A DNA stretch of 64,000 bases from Candidatus Caldarchaeales archaeon (GTDB lineage: Archaea > Thermoproteota > Nitrososphaeria_A > Caldarchaeales > Calditenuaceae), in assembly GCA_039630085.1 (NCBI GenBank), contig JBCNVM010000001.1, positions 30,768 through 94,767 of the forward strand, in the 5' to 3' direction. Below, in pieces: positions 52,995-63,397 of this stretch. Numbering within the stretch: position 1 is the first letter of the stretch; each line of letters opens with the position of its first letter. The notes beneath the pieces are model-generated. The model searched no databases and was not told the origin of the DNA. It was given only the letters and a program-made list of their open reading frames with translations. Position numbers and translations under genes: made by a program.

Positions 52995-54788
52995 TCAGGC
53001 GAGGATCTCAGGCCTGAGGGCCGATATCGCGGCCTTGGCCTCCTGCTCGAGGGCCTCGACCTTCTCGACCTCCTCGTTCCTGAACTCGGCCTTGGCCCTG
53101 ACGATCCTCGTGATGATCGGGAGCTGTCTGATCTTGATCAGCGGGACGCCCTTCCTCAGGACTTCCTCCGCGTGCCTGTGGAACGTGACGAAGAGCCTCA
53201 TCAGCGCGTACTGCTTCCTCGGCGAGCAGTAGGAGTCGACCTCGTCGAAGGCGCTCTGCTGGAGGAAACCCTCCCTGATCATCCTGCCCACGTCTAAGAT
53301 CAGCTTCTCCTCGTCAGCCAGCGACTCGGGCCCGAGGAGCCTCACGAGCTCCAGCAGCTCCTCCTCCCTCCTCAGGAGCCTGTAGACGTAGGCCCTCAGC
53401 TCGAACCAGTCCTCGCTGACGCTCTTCCCCCACCAGTCCTTGACGGTCCCGACGTAGCCGGAGTAGGACATCATCCAGTTGATCGCGGGGTAGTGTCTGG
53501 TGTAGGCGAGGTTCGGGTCGAGCGCCCAGAAGGTCCTCACGAACCTGAGCGTGTGCGTCGTGACGGGCTCGGTGAAGTCGCCGCCCGGAGGCGAGACCGC
53601 TCCCACGAGCGTCATGCTCCCGACCCTCTCGGGCCTCCCCAGTACCTCGACGCGCCCGGCCCTCTCGTAGAACTCGGCGAGCCTGCTGGCCAGGTAGCTG
53701 GGATACCCCTCCTCCGCGGGCATCTCCTCCAGCCTTCCGCTGATCTCCCTGAGGGCCTCGGCCCACCTGCTCGTCGAGTCGGCCACCAGCAGGACATCGT
53801 AGCCCATGTCCCTGTAGAACTCGGCGATGGTCGCGCCGGTGTAGATGCTCGCCTCCCTCGCGGCGACGGGCATGTTGCTGGTGTTCGCGATCAGCACGGT
53901 CCTCTCCATCAGCGGCCTCCCGGTGTAGGGGTCCTTGAGGTGCGGGAACTCGGTGAGGACCTCTGCCTCCTCGTTCCCCCTCTCGCCGCAACCTATGTGT
54001 AGGATCACCTTGGCGTCGCTCCACTTCGCGAGCTGGTGGAGCGTGACCGTCTTGCCGGTCCCGAAGGCCCCCGGTATGCACCCGGTCCCTCCCTTCGCCA
54101 TCGGGAAGAGGACGTCGAGGACCCTCTGTCCCGTGATCAGTGGCACGACGGGGTCCAGCCTCCTCCTGAACGGCCTCGGGGTCCTGACGGGCCACTCGTG
54201 GGCCATCCTCACCCTCTCGACGCCGTCCTTCGTCCTCACCTCCGCGATTACCTCGTCGACCGCGTAGTCCCCCTCAGGTGCCACCTCCTGGACCGTCCCC
54301 CTCGGCCCGTCGGGCGGGACCATCACTCTCGTCGTTACCAGCGGCGTCTCCTGGACCTCTCCGATCACGGTCCCTGGCTCGACCTCCTCGCCCCTCTTGA
54401 CCGTCGGGACGAAGCGCCACTTCTTCTCCCGGGGGACGGCCGGGACGTCGACGCCCCTCCTGACGAAGGGCCCGACCCTCTCCGCGATCCTGTCGAGGGG
54501 CCTCTGGATGCCGTCGTAGACGCTCCCGATCATCCCCGGACCGAGGGTTACCGAGAGCGGTGCGCCCGTCCCCTCCACCGGTTCGCCCGGCGAGAGGCCC
54601 GACGTGTTCTCGTAGACCTGGATGAACGCGACGTCGCCCGTGAGCTTGATCACCTCCCCCACGAGCTTCTCCTTCCCGACCCGGACGACCTCGTACATCT
54701 TCGCGCCCATCATGCCGTCGGCCTTCACGGCCGGGCCCGCGATCCAGACGATCCTCCCCTTTACCGGCATCTCGAGGTGCCTGCTCAC
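52995..54788 (-). CDS. atpA: A-type (A1Ao) ATP synthase catalytic subunit A
   Basis: 597 aa; Walker A GAFGTGKT and full-length similarity to A/V-ATPase A subunits. No other atp genes are adjacent. Confidence 0.96.
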   Translation of the reverse strand: MSRHLEMPVKGRIVWIAGPAVKADGMMGAKMYEVVRVGKEKLVGEVIKLTGDVAFIQVYENTSGLSPGEPVEGTGAPLSVTLGPGMIGSVYDGIQRPLDRIAERVGPFVRRGVDVPAVPREKKWRFVPTVKRGEEVEPGTVIGEVQETPLVTTRVMVPPDGPRGTVQEVAPEGDYAVDEVIAEVRTKDGVERVRMAHEWPVRTPRPFRRRLDPVVPLITGQRVLDVLFPMAKGGTGCIPGAFGTGKTVTLHQLAKWSDAKVILHIGCGERGNEEAEVLTEFPHLKDPYTGRPLMERTVLIANTSNMPVAAREASIYTGATIAEFYRDMGYDVLLVADSTSRWAEALREISGRLEEMPAEEGYPSYLASRLAEFYERAGRVEVLGRPERVGSMTLVGAVSPPGGDFTEPVTTHTLRFVRTFWALDPNLAYTRHYPAINWMMSYSGYVGTVKDWWGKSVSEDWFELRAYVYRLLRREEELLELVRLLGPESLADEEKLILDVGRMIREGFLQQSAFDEVDSYCSPRKQYALMRLFVTFHRHAEEVLRKGVPLIKIRQLPIITRIVRAKAEFRNEEVEKVEALEQEAKAAISALRPEILA

Positions 54789-54864
54789 GGCTCTCTAAAA
54801 AGGATCTTCCCCGGACCGGCTTCTCCCCGCACCGCTAAATCGGGGCCGGAGCCGCTCGGGCCGG

Positions 54865-55557
54865 ATGTCGTTCGAGCTGCTGAGGTCGAGGCTGGACGAG
54901 CTCACCTCGAGGTTCCCCGAGCTCGGGGAGCTCTGCGACCGCTGCCTCTCCTCGAGGAGGTGGGGAGGGAGCGCGGTCCTGATGGTGGTCGACGCGGCCT
55001 TCACCTCGATCGGGCTGAGCTACTTCAGGTCCGTCGTGCCAGCGGTCGCAAGAATCAAGCGGGAGCTGCTCGACCGGGGAGTCCTGACCTCCCTCGAGGA
55101 GCTCGCGGAGGTCGACGTGGACTCCGTCAGGGGTTGCTGGAGGAACAGGAGGTCGTGGGAGGTGGCGAGGGGCGTCGCGGCCAGGCTGATCGAGCTCGAG
55201 GGCGACGACGTCTCGAGGCTGAGGCGCTGGGCCTCCTCCGCGACGCTGGAGGGCTGGAAGGTAGACCCGATAGGTTCGGTGAAGGGGGTCGGACTCGTGA
55301 CCTACCAGTACCTCAGGATGATGGGGGGCGTCGACACATCCATGCCCGACAGGGTCGTCAAGCGGGTGGTCAACGGCCTCCTGAGCGAGTGCGGGTTCGA
55401 GCCGGTCGAGGACGACGTCGAGTTCGTCAGGACTGTCGAGCGGATCTCGAGGGCCACGGGGTACAGGGCGGTCGAGCTGACGTGGTTCACGTGGCTCCTC
55501 CACGAGACCGAGCTGATGAGGAGGCCATCCTACAGGGAGGTCGTACACCTGATCTGA
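54865..55557 (+). CDS. hypothetical protein with a helix-hairpin-helix-like element
   Basis: 230 aa; SVKGVGLVTYQYLRMMGGVDTSMPDRVVKR resembles the HhH-GPD motif region of DNA glycosylases. No catalytic residues are assignable. Confidence 0.5.
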   Translation: MSFELLRSRLDELTSRFPELGELCDRCLSSRRWGGSAVLMVVDAAFTSIGLSYFRSVVPAVARIKRELLDRGVLTSLEELAEVDVDSVRGCWRNRRSWEVARGVAARLIELEGDDVSRLRRWASSATLEGWKVDPIGSVKGVGLVTYQYLRMMGGVDTSMPDRVVKRVVNGLLSECGFEPVEDDVEFVRTVERISRATGYRAVELTWFTWLLHETELMRRPSYREVVHLI

Positions 55558-55564
55558 GCCCGCG

Positions 55565-55954
55565 TCAGTACACGTACCCGAGGAGCTTCCCTCCCAGCCC
55601 CTTCTGCTTCGCCTCCCTGTGCGACATCACGCCCTGGTTCGTGGTCACCACCAGGATCCCCACGTCCCTGCTCGGGAGGAAGCGCTTCTCGAACTCCTCA
55701 TAGCCGTCCTTGCTCACGCTGTACCTCGGCCTTATCGGTCCGGCCCTGTTGATCCTTCCGAGGAGTTGGATCACGACCTTCCCTCCCCTGCCGTCCTCGA
55801 TGTACTCGAAGGCCCCGACGTACCCGTTCCTCTGGAGCGTCTTGAGGACCTCGACCACCAGCTTCGAGTACTTGTGGACGCACTCCTTGTTCCTGGCCAT
55901 CTCGTTGTTGTAGAGCTTCGTGAAGAGCCCGCTGACCCAGTCGAACGTCGCCAT
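55565..55954 (-). CDS. rps8: 30S ribosomal protein S8
   Basis: 129 aa; ...[36 protein letters not shown]......VVTT.QGVMSH.EA...[11 protein letters not shown]. Confidence 0.93.
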   Translation of the reverse strand: MATFDWVSGLFTKLYNNEMARNKECVHKYSKLVVEVLKTLQRNGYVGAFEYIEDGRGGKVVIQLLGRINRAGPIRPRYSVSKDGYEEFEKRFLPSRDVGILVVTTNQGVMSHREAKQKGLGGKLLGYVY

Positions 55955-56171
55955 CTCCTTCCCTCCGCCGCGCCGTCCCTCCTAAAATACATGGGACCTA
56001 TACCATCAGGGATTCGGCCTGGCGGCCACCGACGCACATCCGGCCAACCCCTAAAGCGGTTGAGGTGTAACGCACTCGCCACGCTTGACGCGGTAGAGGA
56101 GGGCACGACCGTATGGGACATCGGCGAAGAGTCAGCGCTCAAGGCCACGTCGAGACGAGAGCCGTAATACA

Positions 56172-56256
56172 TGCGGGGGGTGGGATTCGAACCCACGAAC
56201 CCCTACGGGACAGGGCCCTCAACCCTGCGCCTTTGACCAGGCTTGGCTACCCCCGC
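56172..56256 (-). tRNA. tRNA-Leu(GAG), class II with a long variable arm
   Basis: Minus-strand read: GCGGGGG-TA-GCC..GGC-G-CAGGG-TTGAGGG-CCCTG-TCCCGTAGGGGTTC-GTGGG-TTCGAAT-CCCAC-CCCCCGC-A. 85 nt. Confidence 0.9.
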
Positions 56257-56366
56257 TTCCCCGTCTCACCGAGCGAATTCCGAGCCGTCCTATTAGCCTT
56301 AATCCCAAGATATTGGGCCGCGATACGATTCGGAAGGAATAAAGCAGTGGCGGTCGGATCGGCGGC

Positions 56367-58148
56367 GTGGGACCGCTCGAGCGGATCGAGAGGGTGCTCA
56401 GGACGCCGGACCTCGTCCTCCTGGACCTCTCGAGGGACGGCGAACGCGCCTTGGTCCTCTCTAACCTCAGCGGCTCGTATCAGCTCTGGGCCTTCGGTGT
56501 GAGGGACGGTAGCGCGAAGCAGGTCACGCACGGAGACCAGAGGGTAACCCATGCGGCGATCGCTCCCGACTCGAGGACGGTAGCCTTCGCGAGGGACTTC
56601 GGCGGCGCCGAGCGGCACCAGCTCTTCGTCGCATCGCTCGAGGGGGAATCGGAGGAGGTCCAGGTCTCCGAGTTCGAGGAGCTGAGGGTCTCGGGCCTCG
56701 CGTGGTCGCCAGAAATGAAAGAGCTGGCCGTGACCGGGAGCACCAGCAGGTCAAACGTCCTGATGGCACACGACCTCCGGTCGCGCAGGTCCGAGGTCCT
56801 CTTCGCGTCCAAGGGGTGGGTCTTCTCGCCCGCGTGGCACGAGAGGAGGGGAGTCATCGCGGCCTCCGCGGTCACCACGGAGGCGCCGAGGTCCTCGGAG
56901 CTCGTGTTCGTCCACGTCGACGAGGGCAGGGCCGAGGTCTTCACGCCGAAGCCCGGGAGCGAGAACGCCGGACCCCGTTGGCATCCCAGCGATCCGAAGG
57001 TCCTCTTCAGGACCAACTGCACCGGCGAGTACGACATCGCGGTCCACGACCTCGGGTCCGGGTCCACGCAGCTCCTCGGGCTCTCGGGGCACGGCGTCGA
57101 CTTCCCCGTCTTCGGCTGGCTCGGCGACGGAGGTGACGTCTGGTTCGCCGCGAGGAGGAGGGGCAGGACGAGGCTCTACGTCAGGAGGCGCGACGGCTCT
57201 GTCGATGAGCTCCCAACCCCCGAGGGGACGGTGAGCGGCGTCTCGTTCGACGGCTCGGGCTCGATCGGGGCGTTCTCCTGGTCTTCGCTCTCGAGGCCTC
57301 CCGCGCTGTTCAGGCTCGACGCGAGGACGCGCTCCTTCTCCGAGGTCTACTCCGTCCGCGTGCCAGAGGGGGTGGAGCTGGGCAGGGCCGAGTTCGTGAC
57401 CTACAGGTCCTTCGACGGCCTCGAGGTGCCCGCCTTCCTCTTGCTCCACGGGGGCCTCAGGGACAGGAGGGCCTGCGTCGTCTGGGCGCACGGGGGTCCG
57501 TGGTGGGAGGTCGCTGACGAGTGGAACGCGGCGATTCAGGCGATCTCGGCAGCGGGCTTCCACGTCCTCTGCCCCAACTTCAGGGGTAGCACGGGGTACG
57601 GCGCGGAGTTCGAGCGGATGAACGTCGGCGACCCCGGCGGCGGCGACCTGATGGACGTGCTCCACGGCGTCGAGTTCCTCCGGAGCGAGGGCCTCCTCGA
57701 CGACGACAGGGTCGCGATCGTCGGCGCGAGCTACGGCGGCTTCATGACCTTCCTCGCCATGGTCAAGCACCCGGAGGTATGGAGGGCCGGCGCGGCGATA
57801 GTCGGCGTCACCGACTGGGAGGAGATGTACAGGCTCTCGGACGCGGCCTTCAGGAACTTCATCGAGCAGCTGCTCGGGAAGCCCGAGGAGAGGCCCGAGC
57901 TCTTCAGGGACAGGTCCCCGATCAGCTTCGTCCACCGGATAAGGGCTCCCATATTGGTCTGGCACAGGGCCAACGACAGCAGGTGTCCGCTCCAGCCGGT
58001 GGCTAAGTTCGTGGAGAGGCTGAGGGAGCTCGGGAGGCCGCACGAGTTCCACGTCGTGGAGGGCGAGGGGCACGGGCACCAGCGGCTCGAGAACTTCGTG
58101 AGACAGTACAGGGCCGTCGTTGACTTCCTCCTCAGGCACCTAGCGTGA
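56367..58148 (+). CDS. S9-family serine peptidase (acylaminoacyl-peptidase/prolyl oligopeptidase type)
   Basis: 593 aa; N-terminal beta-propeller-like region plus a C-terminal alpha/beta hydrolase with nucleophile motif GASYGG and downstream D/H. Confidence 0.88.
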   Translation: MGPLERIERVLRTPDLVLLDLSRDGERALVLSNLSGSYQLWAFGVRDGSAKQVTHGDQRVTHAAIAPDSRTVAFARDFGGAERHQLFVASLEGESEEVQVSEFEELRVSGLAWSPEMKELAVTGSTSRSNVLMAHDLRSRRSEVLFASKGWVFSPAWHERRGVIAASAVTTEAPRSSELVFVHVDEGRAEVFTPKPGSENAGPRWHPSDPKVLFRTNCTGEYDIAVHDLGSGSTQLLGLSGHGVDFPVFGWLGDGGDVWFAARRRGRTRLYVRRRDGSVDELPTPEGTVSGVSFDGSGSIGAFSWSSLSRPPALFRLDARTRSFSEVYSVRVPEGVELGRAEFVTYRSFDGLEVPAFLLLHGGLRDRRACVVWAHGGPWWEVADEWNAAIQAISAAGFHVLCPNFRGSTGYGAEFERMNVGDPGGGDLMDVLHGVEFLRSEGLLDDDRVAIVGASYGGFMTFLAMVKHPEVWRAGAAIVGVTDWEEMYRLSDAAFRNFIEQLLGKPEERPELFRDRSPISFVHRIRAPILVWHRANDSRCPLQPVAKFVERLRELGRPHEFHVVEGEGHGHQRLENFVRQYRAVVDFLLRHLA

Positions 58149-58216
58149 GGTACCCCGAATATTTCTCGAGGTCAGGGAAAAATAAAAGAACCTAGGCTGC
58201 ACCCGATTGGCAGAGC

Positions 58217-61200
58217 ATGTACGCCCTCCCGCCGATCTACGAGCCGGCCAAGGTCGAGGAGGAGGTGGCGAGGTTCTGGAGGGAGAACGACGTGATCAAG
58301 AAGTTCCTCGAGCTGAACAAGGGAGGGCCCGTCTTCTCGTTCCTGGAGGGGCCTCCTACGGTCAACGGGTACATGCACGTCGGGCACGCGAGGGGCAGGG
58401 TCTGCAAGGACGTGGTCCTGAGGTTCAAGGCGATGCAGGGGTTCTACGTCTGGAAGAGGGCCGGTTGGGACTGTCAGGGCCTCCCGACGGAGATCGAGGT
58501 CGAGAAGGCGCTAGGGATCAGGTCGAAGAAGGACGTCGAGGCGATCGGGATGGAGAGGTTCGTCGGGGAGGCGAACAAGCTGGTCGACCACTACATCGGT
58601 CACTGGAGGGCCGACTCGGAGAGGCTCGGGCTCTGGCTCGACTACGACACCGCCTATGAGACCAGAAGCGAGCGCTACATGGAGCACGTCTGGTACCTCC
58701 TCAAAAAGGCCCACGAGGAGGGCGACCTGGTCGTCAGCTACAAGGTCGTCCCCTTCTGCCCCAGGTGCGAGACCCCCCTCTCCTCCCACGAGGTCTCCCA
58801 AGGCTACGAGGAGGTCGAGGACTTCTCCCTGTACGTCCTCTTCCCCATCGAGTCCAGGCCCGGGACCTATGCGGTAATCTGGACGACGACCCCCTGGACG
58901 CTTCTGGCCAACGAGGCGATAGCCGTCAGCGGAGACGAGGTCTACGTCGAGGTCAGCACCGACCGGGGCAATCTGATCGTCGCGGAGAAGCTGCTCGACC
59001 AGGTCAGGAGCAACGCGAGGCTCGGGACCGTGGACGTGGTGAGGAGGTTCCCGGGCTCCGAGCTCGAGGGCCTGAGGTACGTCCACCCGTTCGCGGAGGA
59101 GGTCAGGGTCCACGGCCAGCACCAGCATCCGGCACACTCGATACTCACGGCCGAGTTCGTCTCGATGGAGGAGGGCACCGGGCTCGTCCACATCGCGCCC
59201 GGCCACGGCCCCGAGGACTTCGAGCTCGGGAAGAGGCACGGGCTGCCGGTCTTCTGCCCGATCGCCACCAACGGCGCCTTTACGGACGATGTCGGGCCCT
59301 TCTCCGGGAGGGACCACAGGGAGTCCGCGGAGGACGTCATCCGGCTCCTCTCGAGGAAGGGGCTCCTGCTCCACAGGGGGACGGTCATCCACAACTACCC
59401 TCACTGCTGGAGGTGCGGGACGCCGCTCGTCTACCTGGCGAGCAGGCAGTGGTTTCTCAAGGTCGACAGGATAAAGAGGCTGATGCTCGAGGAGAACAGC
59501 AGGGTCAGGTGGGTCCCCGCCTGGGCCGGCTCCGCGAGGTTCAGGGAGTGGCTCGAGAACGCCGAGGACTGGTGCATCTCGAGGACCAAGGTCTGGGGAA
59601 CCCCGCTGAACGTCTGGACCTGCGAGTCCTGCGGCTCGAGGAGGGTCGTCGGGTCTAAGGCCGAGATCGAGAGGGATGCGATCGAGTTCCCGAGGCCGCT
59701 AAGGCTCCACAGGCCGTGGGTCGACGCGGTCGTCTTCAGGTGCGAGAGGTGCGGGGGGATGATGAGGAGGGAGCCCTTCGTCCTGGACACCTGGCTCGAC
59801 TCGGGCGTCGCCCACTTCGCGAGCGTCGACTACCTCTCGAACCCCACCCTCTTCAACAGGCTCTCCCCCTACGACTTCATCACCGAGGCGATCGACCAGA
59901 CCCGCGGTTGGTTCTACACGCTCCTCTTCACATCCGCCCTCCTCTTCGGCAGGTCGCCCTTCAAGTCGGTCCTGACCCAGAACCACGTCCTCGACAAGGA
60001 GGGGAAGAAGATGTCCAAGAGCAGGGGGAACGTGATCTGGGCCAGAGAGTCGTTCGAGAGGTTCGGGGTCGACAACCTTCGCCTCTACCTGCTCGTCAAG
60101 TCGCAGGTCTGGGAGACGATGAACTTCGACCCGGACGAGGTCAGGCAGGTCCAAGCAAACCTCAACGTCCTCTGGAACGTCGTCTCCTTCGCGAAGACCT
60201 ACTTCGAGCTGGACAAGTACGACCCGGAGAGGGAGGGGTATGACGCCTACGAGAGGTTCGCGGAGCCCGAGGACAGGTGGATAGTCTCGAGGGTCAACTC
60301 GCTGATAAGGTCGGTCACTTCGTCGATAGAGAGGTACGAGCTCACGGACGCCGCGAGGGCGCTGCTGAGGTTCGCGACCGACGAGCTGAGCAGGAGGTAC
60401 ATCAGGGCTGTCAGGAGGAGGTTCTGGGAGGAGACCAGGTCCCCGAAGAAGATCGCCTCCTACGCCGCGACCTACTACGTGCTGGTCAGGTATCTGACGA
60501 TGCTCTCGGCCTTCGCGCCCTACGTCGCCGAGTACCTCTACCAGCGCCTGCGGACGAAGTCGATGCCGGAGAGCGTCTCTCTAATGAAGTGGCCGAGGGT
60601 CGAGCCGGAGAAGGTCGACCAGGAGCTGGAGGACGCGATGGAGGTCGTCGACGACGTCATCTCCGCCTCCCTCAGCGCGAGGCAGAGGGCCGGGTACAAG
60701 CTGAGGTGGCCCGTATCGAGGGTCGTTGTGTCGCCGAACTCGCCGAGGACGAGGGACTCGATCCTTAAGCTCTCCGACTACCTCGCGAGGATGACCAACG
60801 CGATGCGCGTCGAGGTGCTTGAGGTCAGCGAGTCTCCGAGGGAGGCGTGGAAGGAGCTGGAGCCGGTCCTGAGCGAGCTGGGGCCCGCGGCGGGCAGGAG
60901 GCTCAACGACGTCGTGGCCGCCCTCAGGTCCTCCAAGCCCGTCGAGGTGATCGAGGCGCTCAACGCCAACGGCGAGTGCGTCCTCAACCTCCCCGACGGG
61001 TCCGTCTTCGTCCTCAGGCCCGAACACGTGCAGGTCGTCGAGAGGTTGCCGGACTGGCTCAAGTCATCGAGCGGGAGGTTCGCGACCGTCTACGTCGACG
61101 TGAGGACCGACCAAGTCCTGAAGTCGATGGCTTTCGCCAACGAGGTGATCAGGCGGGTCCAAGTGATGAGGAAGGAGCTGAGCCTGGAGCTGACCGAGGT

Positions 61201-61411
61201 CGTCGACTGCAGCGTCTACGTCTCCGACCCCCTCAAGGCCGAAGGCCTCAGGTCCCTCGCCGAACACATCGAGGAGGAGACGAGGACCAGGCTGGAGCTC
61301 GCGGGCGCGCCTCCCTCCGAGGGGGAGTTCGAGAGGGTGAGCGAGTGGGACGTGGAGGGCGCCAAGCTCGTCATCGGGCTGGTGAGAAGGAGAGGCGTTG
61401 GAGCTGGCTAG
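58217..61411 (+). CDS. ileS: isoleucyl-tRNA synthetase
   Basis: 1064 aa; HIGH region PPTVNGYMHVGHA, KMSKS (KKMSKSRGN), editing domain and zinc-binding cysteines. Confidence 0.96.
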   Translation: MYALPPIYEPAKVEEEVARFWRENDVIKKFLELNKGGPVFSFLEGPPTVNGYMHVGHARGRVCKDVVLRFKAMQGFYVWKRAGWDCQGLPTEIEVEKALGIRSKKDVEAIGMERFVGEANKLVDHYIGHWRADSERLGLWLDYDTAYETRSERYMEHVWYLLKKAHEEGDLVVSYKVVPFCPRCETPLSSHEVSQGYEEVEDFSLYVLFPIESRPGTYAVIWTTTPWTLLANEAIAVSGDEVYVEVSTDRGNLIVAEKLLDQVRSNARLGTVDVVRRFPGSELEGLRYVHPFAEEVRVHGQHQHPAHSILTAEFVSMEEGTGLVHIAPGHGPEDFELGKRHGLPVFCPIATNGAFTDDVGPFSGRDHRESAEDVIRLLSRKGLLLHRGTVIHNYPHCWRCGTPLVYLASRQWFLKVDRIKRLMLEENSRVRWVPAWAGSARFREWLENAEDWCISRTKVWGTPLNVWTCESCGSRRVVGSKAEIERDAIEFPRPLRLHRPWVDAVVFRCERCGGMMRREPFVLDTWLDSGVAHFASVDYLSNPTLFNRLSPYDFITEAIDQTRGWFYTLLFTSALLFGRSPFKSVLTQNHVLDKEGKKMSKSRGNVIWARESFERFGVDNLRLYLLVKSQVWETMNFDPDEVRQVQANLNVLWNVVSFAKTYFELDKYDPEREGYDAYERFAEPEDRWIVSRVNSLIRSVTSSIERYELTDAARALLRFATDELSRRYIRAVRRRFWEETRSPKKIASYAATYYVLVRYLTMLSAFAPYVAEYLYQRLRTKSMPESVSLMKWPRVEPEKVDQELEDAMEVVDDVISASLSARQRAGYKLRWPVSRVVVSPNSPRTRDSILKLSDYLARMTNAMRVEVLEVSESPREAWKELEPVLSELGPAAGRRLNDVVAALRSSKPVEVIEALNANGECVLNLPDGSVFVLRPEHVQVVERLPDWLKSSSGRFATVYVDVRTDQVLKSMAFANEVIRRVQVMRKELSLELTEVVDCSVYVSDPLKAEGLRSLAEHIEEETRTRLELAGAPPSEGEFERVSEWDVEGAKLVIGLVRRRGVGAG

Positions 61412-62297
61412 GACCCTGAGGGCGGTCGAGGAGCTCTCCGACAGGCACTTCAACGTCCTCCGGGCGATCGAGCGGAGCTCGCTGAGGGGTTCCGCGACCC
61501 TCCCCGAGGCGATCTCGAGGGCCCTCGGTCTCTCGGGGGACTACGTCGCGAGGCTGCTGGGGGATCTCCACGGGGCCTCGCTGATCTGGGCTCCCCGCGG
61601 GAGGAAGCAGGGATACGTCCTGAACTACGCCGGCCTCGACGCCCTCGCCCTCAGGACGATGTTGAGGAGGGGCATCCTGGCCTCGGTCGGCGGAGCGCTC
61701 GGGGTCGGGAAGGAGGCCGACGTCTACGAGGCGGTCACGCCAGAGGGCGAGCGGGTCTCCCTGAAGCTGTACAGAGCCGGTCGAGCCAGCATGACCAAGT
61801 ACAGAAGGACGAGGGGGCTTCCCTCCGAGCTCGGGAGCTATTTAGCCGCCTCGGTGAGGTTTGCGGCTGACGAAGTCCGTGCCCTGAGGACCCTGAGCGC
61901 AGCAGGGCTCCCGGTCCCGAGCCCGGTCTACAGGAACAGGCACGCGGTCGTCGCCCAGCTGATCGAGGGCCGCCTGCTGGTGAAGGCCAGATCGGTCCAG
62001 AGGCCTCCCGAGCTGATCCTCGAGGAGCTCCTGAAGTCCATCAGGGACGCCTACGAGGCCGGGGTCATTCACCGGGACCTCAGCGCCTACAACGTGATGG
62101 TCGACCAGGAGGGGAGGCCTTGGATAATAGACTGGCCGCAGTGGGTCGGCAGGGACCACCCCAACGCGCAGCTCTGCCTCAGGAGGGACGTCCAGAACGT
62201 CGTCGACTTCTTCGTGAGGCGCTACCACCTCGCGGTCCCTTCGAATATGGTCGAGGACTTCCTGAGTTCCGTCCTGCAGTCGGGCGCCCCGCAGTAG
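61398..62297 (+). CDS. rio2: RIO-type serine/threonine kinase, Rio2 (N-terminal wHTH plus RIO domain)
   Basis: 299 aa; wHTH region, GVGKEADVY, LKLYR, IHRDLSAYNVMV, IDWPQ. It overlaps the ileS 3' end by 14 nt. Confidence 0.88.
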   Translation: MELARTLRAVEELSDRHFNVLRAIERSSLRGSATLPEAISRALGLSGDYVARLLGDLHGASLIWAPRGRKQGYVLNYAGLDALALRTMLRRGILASVGGALGVGKEADVYEAVTPEGERVSLKLYRAGRASMTKYRRTRGLPSELGSYLAASVRFAADEVRALRTLSAAGLPVPSPVYRNRHAVVAQLIEGRLLVKARSVQRPPELILEELLKSIRDAYEAGVIHRDLSAYNVMVDQEGRPWIIDWPQWVGRDHPNAQLCLRRDVQNVVDFFVRRYHLAVPSNMVEDFLSSVLQSGAPQ

Positions 62298-62359
62298 GAC
62301 TGAAGTGCCCGATCGGAAATAATGTTATAAATACGGACGGGCCGGAGTGGGGGGCAAGC

Positions 62360-63025
62360 ATGCCGTCAAAGATCACCGTCGGGCTCGTGCTCTCCGTTCT
62401 GGGCCTCGGCGTCGCCCTCGCCCCGACCCTCATCTACCTGCTCGCGCTGGGGACGCCGATAGGTGACGCCCTCGCGGTCGAGGTTATCCCCTCGGTCCCC
62501 GTCTACCTCATCCTGTCGATGGCTGGCGTTCCTCCGTCGCTCGTAGGAGCTTATACGTTCAGGAAGGGCGTCAGGGAGCTAGTCGCCTCGCAGGTCCTCG
62601 AGTCGAGGCTCGCCGAGGCGGAGAGGGCAGCGCCTCCGACGGGGGCAGTCCAGGGGGCGTCGGCACCGGCGGTCGGGCCCCAGCGGTCCCGGCGGGCGGC
62701 TGCCGGACGGGCGTCGGCCCCGAGTCCCTCGGCGGAGTCGGTACCGGCGGTTAGGCAGAGCAACCCGGGCCCTCAAATCTCCGTGACTCCCGCAACCCGG
62801 CAGTTCTCCGTGAAGACGAGGAGCGAGTGGAAGGTCTGCCCCCAGTGCGGACAGAGCGCGGAGCTCGAGGCTGACTCGTGCGGTTACTGCGGGTACGGCT
62901 TCCCCAGGTCCCACGTCGAATCGTGTCCGGTCTGCGGCGCGCCGCTCAGCTACGCGAGGCGGATCTCCGGAAACCTCTACGCTTGCGGCATCTGCTTCAG
63001 CGAGCTCGTAAAGGTCGCGTCCTGA
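62360..63025 (+). CDS. membrane protein with a low-complexity linker and a C-terminal double zinc ribbon
   Basis: Trimmed to the ATG at 62360: two TM helices, an Ala/Pro/Ser-rich linker, then CPQCG...CGYCG...CPVCG...CGIC. Confidence 0.6.
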   Translation: MPSKITVGLVLSVLGLGVALAPTLIYLLALGTPIGDALAVEVIPSVPVYLILSMAGVPPSLVGAYTFRKGVRELVASQVLESRLAEAERAAPPTGAVQGASAPAVGPQRSRRAAAGRASAPSPSAESVPAVRQSNPGPQISVTPATRQFSVKTRSEWKVCPQCGQSAELEADSCGYCGYGFPRSHVESCPVCGAPLSYARRISGNLYACGICFSELVKVAS

Positions 63026-63098
63026 CCTCGCGTCCCTCGCTCCGCGACGGAAATACACTTATGAGGATCTGGCGGGCAACTGCGTTTGAGAAGGGAGG

Positions 63099-63338
63099 TT
63101 GTCGTTGCAGAGCGGAAGGCCGATCGAGGTGCTCAGGAACTCGGTCAACAGGGAGGTGCGCGTGGTTCTGAAGAACGAGGCGGAGTACGTCGGGAGGCTG
63201 ATCGAGGTCGACGCGTACATGAACCTGGTCCTAGAGAGGGTCGAGGAGTACGTCAACGGGAACCGAAGGGCCTCCTACCCGCACCTCCTGATACGCGGCA
63301 ATAACGTCGTGTACGTCGCCGTCGTCGATTCCCTCTGA
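63099..63338 (+). CDS. second Sm-like archaeal protein (SmAP paralogue)
   Basis: 79 aa; VRVVLKNEAEYVGRLIEVDAYMNLVLE...LIRGNNVVYV (Sm1/Sm2). TTG start preceded by GGGAGG. Confidence 0.85.
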   Translation: MSLQSGRPIEVLRNSVNREVRVVLKNEAEYVGRLIEVDAYMNLVLERVEEYVNGNRRASYPHLLIRGNNVVYVAVVDSL

Positions 63339-63397
63339 CCGTTCGGTCGATGAGGGGTAGATCAAAATAGGAGCTGTCTCGGGGAGAGCGCGTAGAG

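Noticed and set aside
55996-56171. 5S rRNA or another known small RNA downstream of tRNA-Leu.
   Set aside because: There is no resemblance to the archaeal 5S consensus and no C/D (RUGAUGA...CUGA) box pairs at sensible spacing.
62120-62359. 80-codon upstream extension of the zinc-ribbon membrane protein ORF.
   Set aside because: It overlaps the 3' end of rio2 and has R/P/G-rich composition. The hydrophobic N-terminus starts at the ATG at 62360.
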